NCBI GenBank assembly: GCA_964035545.1
Contig: OZ037766.1
Span: forward strand, 9,724,722 to 9,788,721
DNA from: Bugula neritina
Lineage: Eukaryota; Animalia; Bryozoa
Direction: 5' to 3'
DNA: 64,000 nucleotides
Part shown: one piece after another, positions 28,535 through 64,000 of the stretch
Layout of the letters: each line of letters opens with the position of its first letter
Numbering within the stretch: the stretch's first letter is position 1
Made by a program: the position numbers and the translations under genes
Notes under the pieces: model-generated
The model's database searches: none
The model's input: only the letters and a program-made list of their open reading frames with translations
What the model was told of the DNA's origin: nothing

Positions 28535-28892
28535 AGATTAATCTAAAGTTTTGCATCAATTATAACCACTTTGTGTAAATTGCTACCCACAATAAATTTC
28601 TGGTGGTTTCCATCAGACAAAGACACAGAGAGATGATCACAAACCTCATGAAGGCCATAATTATCATCCCCATTGGTTGCTGACTGTTCAGCTTTTATTA
28701 GCAAAAGTGGTGATGTCAGTCTACCAGCTGGAATGTATGAGTCAGCAGCTACATGCTTCTGGTAGAAAGATAACGCTGCTTTTTCAATATCTTGTCTGTC
28801 ATACTTTTGGCCTCTTTTATTGCGTGTAACATTTGACTAACGGCTTTGAGCTTTTCATCCAATGTCTTACATTCTGTTAGAACTTGACGAGT
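28535..28892 (-). pseudogene. Degenerate terminal thioesterase exon of FAS copy 1
   Basis: Homologous to 48860-49216, but with a 1-bp deletion near 28820 (ATG-11nt-AAAAGAGG vs ATG-12nt-AAAAGAGG), an altered or deleted end near 28560, and no upstream TE exons. Confidence 0.88.
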
Positions 28893-29296
28893 CTATAAAT
28901 TGAAACGGCAAAAAAGGCTATATTCTACAATAAGTATGCATAATGTACAAAGGTTTGCTCTAGATTCAGTATAATGTATGCTGCTCACTTCATCTCCATT
29001 ACATGTTCATAAAATATGAGAGTCAACATGATAAAGCTAACATTGAGCGTTCCTTGTAGTGTACAACGGGAAATGGAGTATATTGTATTATATTTCAGCA
29101 TAGGAATATTATGTAGATTATTAGAAAACTGAGCTTTTTAGTATTTGAGACCAGAAAATTAGCTCAAACAGCATTTATCATGTCAAATTCAATGACAGCT
29201 TTCAACAGTTTTATTATAGTACACTGTAAATTATAGTTTTATAGTAGGCCTATACAAAACACAATGTTTGCACAACACCACGACTTTTGAAATTTC

Positions 29297-43610
<14,314 letters not shown>

Positions 43611-44779
43611 TTGCTGGGGTATAATACCATCAACACCTGAAAGCATCTTCTTCTCTACAACAGTTGGTGCAATATATTTGTTTTGCCTATAGAAAGGTTA
43701 GTAGGAAGGCTGGATAAAAATGGTGTTGATAAAGGTTTTATATCAAAGTTATCACTAGAAAGTGGTTGGTGTGTCATTTTAAACTTCGATAACCAATCAA
43801 ATAATTTTAAACAGCAGCATATGTCAAAAGATATATGTCCGGGTGCCTAATAGTACTCATCAGGTGCTATTCAATAAAGAAATTAGCCAAGTAAAACACA
43901 GGCACATAGTATATTAAAAGAGTGTGCTTTGGGAGCTGGTTATATTACAATTACATAAAAAGAAGTACGAAATTAGGTAAAAACCCTTTCATTCATTGAT
44001 ATTATAAACATATTGAAAGAAAATAAAATATTTTATAGTCTTAGAGGTGTCAATAGCTTTTGTTTTAGCCTCGTCCCTGCCACAGCAAAAGCTTAATTCT
44101 ACATCTAAAACTAGTTCTTTTAAGTTTGTTTGAGATAGTCAACATATATCTTATATAGTTATAAATTGAAATACATATAAATTTGTAGCAACTATTTTTT
44201 CCGAATAACATATAAAAGTTATAGAAGCAAAAGCTTAACATACGTGTTTTACAGCAGTCTGCCAAAAAGATGAAGACTTTGTAAATATAATAATGTAGAC
44301 CCAGCAAACAGCCTGATCCTATGTGTCTCATATAAATACAGAATAGAGGCACAGTGAAGCCTCGTATAGACTATTAGTATAAGTGTGTTGAAGTTATCAC
44401 CTTCCTAAACTTATATATAAGTATTTTTTTGTAGATTTACGCATGTCAATATTGCAGTAGATATGGTGGTAGGTTCAAGTAACATAATCTCAGCTAATAA
44501 ATTACGATGAAACGAACTCAGCAATTATAATTCCAGTTTTGTCATAATAGATAAAACTGAGGGTATCTAAGAGACTTCTATAGTTTCTCCTTTCTTTTAA
44601 TGTCTCACTTCATCTTATGGTATTTTTTTCTGAAATATAGATTAATCATGAATTACTTGTGATAAACTTACAATGACAAAAAATATGGTAGGAGTTTTTT
44701 TCGTCATTTTCATGTTATATAATGGTATTTGTATATATTATACATTGTTTTAACCTGTTTTGCTTACTTCTTTAGATAT

Positions 44780-45095
44780 CAGACTAACAAAATGGACCCT
44801 CAGCTAAAAATTCTGCTAGAGGCTTCTCATGAAGATATATAGTGAATGCTGGAAAATATTTTTATCTGCCAGTTAGTGTCAGTATTATAACGTGTAGAAG
44901 CTTAAGTCGTCTCTTAACTAAAAGAGATGGAGGTTGAAAAATCTTTTTTTTCCACAAGCTATAGAGTCTAGTTGTTTGAAAAAGTATTATGAGCAGTTTC
45001 TAGGTATTGGTTTATCATAACTTCATGACACATTGACTCAGTGTAACATGGAGTGATATCAGTATTATTAGATATCTTGTAAGAATATATTATTG
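44780..45095 (+). pseudogene. FAS KS relic C: inverted copy of the 3' half of exon 3 and the following intron
   Basis: QTNKMDPQLKILLEASHE-like sequence then a frameshift; 44945-45090 closely matches the reverse complement of intron 42395-42540. Confidence 0.88.
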
Positions 45096-45186
45096 TATTA
45101 TGTTGTGAGCTATTGAATTTCTCTCTTTAACCGGCCTGAAGAATCAAGTGTAGGAAATGCAACCCATACCTTATAATTCAATCTTA

Positions 45187-45475
45187 GGTAAAAATGGCAC
45201 AGGTAATAATGGCACAATTGGAAAAGCAGGTAAAAATGGCACACTGATGTTAAATTTTCCCAAACCCCAAACTCAAACTCAGCATTCAAAACCCAAGCCA
45301 CCATCCCCAAACCTATATCCCCAAATCCAAACTCTCAACCCTTAATATTGAAAATGTGCCATTTTTACCTACTTTGCCATTTGTACCATTATTACCTGTG
45401 CAATTATTACTTGTGTCATTTTTATCCGTACCATTTTTACCGTACCATTTTTACCGTACCATTTGTACCGGTTTC
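45187..45475. mobile_element. Small foldback/MITE-like element with repeat-built arms and a CCCAAA-rich core
   Basis: Left arm 45187-45244 (GGTAAAAATGGCACA-type units) is the inverted complement of 45355-45410; extra CGTACCATTTTTAC units run to ~45470. No clear TSD found. Confidence 0.7.
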
Positions 45476-48167
45476 AATTTTACCATTCATTTTATAATTT
45501 ACATTTTAAACCACAATACATTTCTTTCTAACACATTGATATGCTAATGATTTTGACATTCATCCAAGCATCAAAGCAACAGATTCACAGCAGTGCATGT
45601 ATTTTCTAGAAAAAATACATCTGATCTTTAGGGCCACCAGAAAACATTACTCATAGATCAACTATACTCAAACTCATAAGCCAGTTTCTGACTCTGCACT
45701 CTTTGAGCTAAGATCAGGAGAAACACATCAAAGTTACAGACAGCTAATCAAACCCTGGTCCATGCTGCTCACCAGCATCTATTTCATTACATAAGTATGA
45801 TCAATTTTTGTACCAACATATTATATTCCCTTTGTGCTGATAAACTTAATGAACAATTTACAAAACCCACTGCAGAAACTTGTAGTAGAATTTATTACAT
45901 TGCACTAATTAGTTGATTTTCATTATCATAATTGTTCCTCATAAGCTTCATAAATATAACACTTATATTAATGCAGTAAAACAATGTTTCATAATCTATC
46001 ATAAATATATATTATAAGAGTATAACCGTTTAATATCTATAAGGACACAGGAAACGTAAATAGTGTGTACTATTTTATTTAATAAGTAAAACAAATAAAA
46101 GTAGAATGCAATAAATGAAAAATTATTTTTATTAGATATTAAGCAAACAGAAATGGAGGACAGAAGAATAGATTACAAAGAAGAGACAAAATTGTGTCAA
46201 CAGTTATAACTGGTAAAGAATTATCTAAATTTTTGAAACACAAACACCAAGAAGTCATCTCGATCAATTTTGTGTTCATAAAATTATTTAAGCAGCTTTA
46301 TCTATATTAGTGAAAGTTGAATAATAATATTGCAAAACAATTTGGAGTGACTTATTAGCTTACATGACTGTGTGCACATCACTCTGTTACTATGCAGGTT
46401 AATAGTTTCTTTGATAATATTATAGAGAATTAGAAATTAAAAACTGCTGTGCAATACTTACACTATAAAATAATATACAGGCATTAAAACAAGCGGGGAA
46501 TAAGGACAGATTGTCCTTTGATTCACCCACAGGGATACAGTAATATGAAGATCGGATATAAGTTGTACTGCTGTGTCAAAAGTATAAATTAAGTTCAAAA
46601 TAAACGCAACATGGAAGTTTGAACTTTCAGCCATAAAATAGGCGTATAACCCTATACAAATATGCTACGTGATTATTCGTGTTACATCTTTAAGCTATAG
46701 TTGCTTTGACCACTTTGCACACCAAAGTTATGCTTAACTTATGCATCAAACCAACCATTATTTTAAAAAGCATAGCCTCTTTAAATATGAAGTTGAGAAA
46801 GATCAAGCATTATTAACTTCAATTGATGTTCACAAATGAAAGCTGGGATATTAACAAAACTCTCACATTTGGGCCATTAGCCTCTCACTATGTCAACTCC
46901 TTCTATAGATGCAGTTGAAATAGAAAATGGTAAACCATAGAATACAATTAGTATTGAATACACAAGAGTTAAAGCTGTGCTTTTGGCACTCTGCCTGGAC
47001 TACCTTTACAGTATTAATTTGTCCTTCACCGGAAGTTAACCTCAATGCTTCAAATGCACTGATTGCGAACATTGCTAAATAATTTCCTTCTAGTCAAATT
47101 AAACTCAGATTTGGCTAAGCAGGTTGAAAACGGAGAACATTTTCAAATATAATTACACATAAAAATGTTATCATTTTTATTATTAACTTTAATTTTTATG
47201 CGATGAACTAAACACCTTTTTCTAAATGTTTTTGTTTATTGCTAGCAATGTCTTTAACCAATAGGTTTTTGATGAATAATTTTTTTAGAGTCTCCCAAGT
47301 TGTTTAATTACATATTCATCATAGGCATATAATAATATAGGCATGAATGGTTATACCTGGCTAAGTGAGAAAAATGAGGAATGTATAGGTTTGCTTTGTT
47401 ATTATAATATATAGATTGTCTCTACTCTGTAATTGTTACCATCATGTTTGCCACATAAATAATACCTGCATACTAAAACAGAAGCTGCAGACATTTAAAG
47501 TTTTATTTTTTTATGTAGATGAGAGCTTTGCTTTGAATCATTCCTTGAAATGTATTTATAATTATTTTTCTCTCCTTGCAACATTTCATAGTATACGAAT
47601 ATAAAAATTTTTACTTTTGTGCACCGACTTCTAAATTGTTTAATATTATTATATACCTGTTTTGAACTTTTGCTTACATATAAATGTGTAGTGAGAAATA
47701 TATGTTGCCAAGTTTTAAACTATACCTGCAGCTGCAAGTACATAGCTAAATAAAGTAAAATCTAGCAACTGTACTAGTGTTATATGCCAAAAAAACTTTG
47801 CTTTTGAAAGTAACTTTGCATGCTTTGTCTGCCAAAATATTCAGCCTATCATTAAATATTATACTGGCAGAAAATAATGGGTGCGATGACCTGATTACAG
47901 CAATGCGAAGCTGTACAATTAATTGTAACATTAAAAAAAATAAAAAAAATCGAATTTTGAGTTACTTACTGATTATATAACTGACATTTTATATTATAAA
48001 CTTGTCAATAGGTAATTGATCATTTATACTGTGTTACACAAGCTAGTACCAATAATGATACTGAAAATACAGGCCTTTTTTGTAACTGTTAACTTCACTA
48101 CTCACTCTCAATACAAACTCTGCGTTATACTTTTTTTAAGTGATAAAGTGTACAGCTAGTAGCATAT

Positions 48168-48554
48168 TGTAATGGCTAATAGAAGTGTAGTCATGGCGTT
48201 TGTTCTATAACCCGTTTATAATGCGGAGACAACGTGGCCAATATACGAGCCTCCAATCAAATGCCGAGAAGGCACGTGACAAACACTGACCCGACCTGTC
48301 GGAACACAAGTATTAGAGCTTCTAGGCTAACTATGGAGAGACACACTTTTATCTGGCTATATCGTTATCACATATTCTGTGCCTTGATACCTAAATGTAA
48401 CTCTTTTCTTTTATATTCTATATTGTGTAAATATACGATTCTAAATCCCACGGCAAATCAAGTGTCGTAGCTTCTCGATAGCATAATTACCAAGATGCAG
48501 TAATTAAAGGCATATGTAACCCACCACAGTAATATAATCGCAAAGATTATAACA
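48168..48554. mobile_element. Solo LTR (387 bp), Ty3/Gypsy-like
   Basis: TGTAAT...ATAACA termini, 4-bp TSD ATAT (48164-48167 / 48555-48558), internal ATTAAA near 48503; the paralogous flank at ~28189 has a single ATAT (empty site). Confidence 0.85.
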
Positions 48555-48859
48555 ATATTTATAACTAAAAATTCAATTTAGAAACTCTGATAGAGAAACT
48601 AATTTAATGCAGAGGATGCACTGGTATAGATTATATTTACTAAATACTAGTAGGCTGGGAAATATTATTTTATTTTTTGAACACAACAATAAATATAATA
48701 GTAAGTATATTTATGGATAGAGTCTTAGTAGGGCAGTAACAACATAAAACAGGAAGGAGAATACATAAAACATGAAGTCAGGACCTGCTAAAACCTCAAT
48801 ATAAAAGAAGACTGAGAAATAAATATAATTGTTCAAAAGCAAACTAAGCACAGATCAAT

Positions 48860-61576
<12,717 letters not shown>

Positions 61577-61599
61577 CTGAAAACAAATACTTGACATAT

Positions 61600-64000
61600 A
61601 GAGGGGTTTCAGACATCCCTCCAGAGGAATTTGTATTTTAAAGTTGTCTCCCCCTACAGGGATTGGGGGCAGTCTCAATGATATATAGAAGGCCCATAAA
61701 ATAAGTAGAGATGTATGGTTTGAGTGAAGACTACTACTAGTATAAGTTTCATTTTTTCTGAGATTAATATTTTGGCATAGGTACACATATGAGCAGTTTC
61801 AGAAATTTTTTAAAAAATTTTGTTAATGATAAATGGCACAAAAAGAAAACTTCAAAGCATATTTGTGGTTTTGGTTATTGAGCAAATCTGAAGCTGGCAG
61901 CTGTCATAATTATTTGCTTTGCTGACTGTAACCAGTCTGGTTAGAGCTGCTAACCTTTCAACTCTTAGAGCAATAATAACATGCTCGTACACTATATAGC
62001 TGCACTAGTGGGCTCTGTCTTACTGAACTCCAAATGCTCCAAATTATGGGTTGGAACACATGCCTGTACGTTTATGAAGGCACTGGCTCATTTGTATTAA
62101 CATGTTCACGTACTTACACACCTATACTATGAAAATAACTAAGCCACCCTACTATCTAATATTTCTATATATCAAAAAAATTATTATAAATATAAAGATA
62201 TGTATTAAAATAGATAGATTAAATTTGTAATTTCAAACAACATCTTATCTAAAAATGTCAAACACTGTATAACTATATATATTTTTTAAAAGCATTTGTT
62301 TACATGGCATGCCTGCAAGTCAATGAAAATATTTAAAGAACAGTAAAAAGAAGCATATGAATTTCAGAATAGTTTCTTCTTTTCTGAGATGAATACTTTG
62401 GAAATGTCCCACAATTCAACATTTAAATTAAGTCTGTAAAAGAATTTTTCACAGTGTATTTTCAATGAATAATTATTCTTGCAAGCTGGTTTGTGTTTGT
62501 TCTGACATGCCATTTTACAGTGGTCTAGTTAACTAGGTCAAAGTTCATTGAGGTGGAATTGTTTTATTAACCTCCTTGTGTTGATAAAATACTATCATTG
62601 GATTTAGAGCTTCTCTAAGCAACTTCACAGTCTGTTTAAATATCTGCGATACCTGCCTATTAGACAATCCAAACCTAAAAAATAATATACTAAATCTTTG
62701 TATTACATGAATGGATGAAAAATAATGCAACAAATTGGGTAAAGCATGTTCAAGTAATGTGAAAAACTCAAAATATAAATGAGTCAAACTAGAGCTAGTC
62801 AAGTGTGTGGTGTTTTTGGCCAATTTATATGTGTTGTTTAATCAGCTTATTATGTAGTGATGTAATCCTATATAATGTAATTTAAGTTAGACAGCTAAAG
62901 TTGGACAGTTCTCATCGTGCACTTTCTTGAATAAGCAGTTATGTAATATAGAGAGACAGCTACTCAACAGAGAGCTTCAAGCAAACAAAATTCTTGCAAC
63001 GAAGTTGATTGAATACAAAACAGCTGCTGTTATTCTTATAGCAGCATGCATTGTATAAGAGATAGCCTGATGGTTCACATAGTTTACATACAGTGACATA
63101 CCACTGAAAATTATTAGAAACCACAGAAAAGATATAAAGGAGAGAATGCTGGCACAAAGGAAGTATAGCAATGCGGTCAAATATATGGCTGAAAACTGAC
63201 CTAGAGATAAATAAGTACAAAATGTACATAATATAGCTAAATCAGTAAAACCAAATGATTTGATATAAAAAGTATTATCTGGGAATTTAGTGAAACTTAG
63301 TGCATTATTTAGAACTCCACCTTTGAGCAAAATCCTTATGGAGTAAAGCCAATCTTAATTTCATTAGTGTCATAAGAATGCAGTCATTATGACATAGTTC
63401 GCTCTTTCTATACTTTACAGCTGGTACTAAATGTACATTTCAACTTTTTTTTTGAAAACAAAATAAGTTGCTTTGGCTGAAAAGTGCTTTTTTTGATGAC
63501 TTTTTTTCTGCAATGCAGCAGTATACAATTTACAATGCTCCAAAAACATTTTTTTATTAGGAATGTTGGTATACAAACAGCTTGCAAGAATAGTTATTTA
63601 TTGAAAATACACTGTGAAATTTTTTTTTACAGACTTAATTTAAATGTTGAATGGTGGGACATTTCCAAAATATTCATCTCAGAAAAGAAGAAACTATTCT
63701 GAAATTTATATGCTTCTTTTTACTGTTCTATAAATATTTTCATTGACTTGCAGGCATACCATGTAAACAAATGCTTTTAAAAAATATATATAGTTATACA
63801 GTGTTTGGCATTTTTAGATAAGATGTTGTTTGAAATTACAAACTTAATCTATCTATTTTAATACATATCTTTATATTTATGATAATTTTTTTGATATATA
63901 GAAATATTAGATAGTAGGGTGGCTTATAGTTATTTTCATAGTATAGGTGTGTAAGTACGTGAACATGTTAATACAAATGAGCCAGTGCCTTCATAAACGT
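61600..64000. mobile_element. Long-TIR (foldback-like) element with ISL2EU/PIF-Harbinger-like transposase remnant; right end beyond window
   Basis: Homology to copy 1 stops after AT at 61598-61599. 62068-62493 is the near-perfect reverse complement of 63574-64000. The minus-strand spacer encodes RFGLSNRQVSQIFKQTVKLLREALNPMIVFYQHKEVNKTIPPQ* (62677-62545), resembling the HTH-to-WP..MP region of Harbinger/ISL2EU transposases. Confidence 0.75.

Noticed and set aside
45110-45547. Short ORFs with GKNG repeats
   Set aside because: Products of the repeat-built arms of the foldback element.
45500-47700. Possible gene or decayed transposon between the FAS copies
   Set aside because: Only short open frames with no recognisable motif, termini or splice chain.
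62977-63330. Hydrophobic 117-aa ORF as a captured membrane protein/GPCR
   Set aside because: No convincing family motif. It lies inside a transposon spacer, T-rich strand composition explains the hydrophobicity, and parts look more like decayed transposase. Not excluded without a search.

Overview
AT-rich, intron-dense animal (invertebrate-like) genomic DNA. The left third holds three conventional genes: DCAF1/VPRBP (+, 5'-truncated, with an apparent alternative C-terminal exon), HMGXB4 (-, tail-to-tail with DCAF1) and a secreted, probably GPI-anchored Ly6/three-finger (quiver/sleepless-like) gene (+). The remaining ~41 kb is an actively rearranging cluster of type I fatty-acid-synthase (FAS)-like megasynthase genes. 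Copy 1 (-, about 31 exons) reads open from KS through AT-DH-pseudoMT-ER-KR-ACP but has lost its thioesterase. A ~1.1 kb deletion removed the two TE exons carrying the catalytic Ser, and the last TE exon is frameshifted. Copy 2 (-) keeps an intact TE; its KS exons are not in the window, being separated by a long-inverted-repeat element carrying an ISL2EU/PIF-Harbinger-like transposase remnant. Three inverted, disabled KS fragments flank copy 1, and the two copies show mosaic identity suggestive of gene conversion. Mobile and repeated DNA includes a hAT MITE, a TA-flanked TIR element shared by both FAS copies, a solo LTR with its empty site visible in the paralog, a small foldback element and several tandem arrays. 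All gene models and alignments were read by eye; no database search was run.
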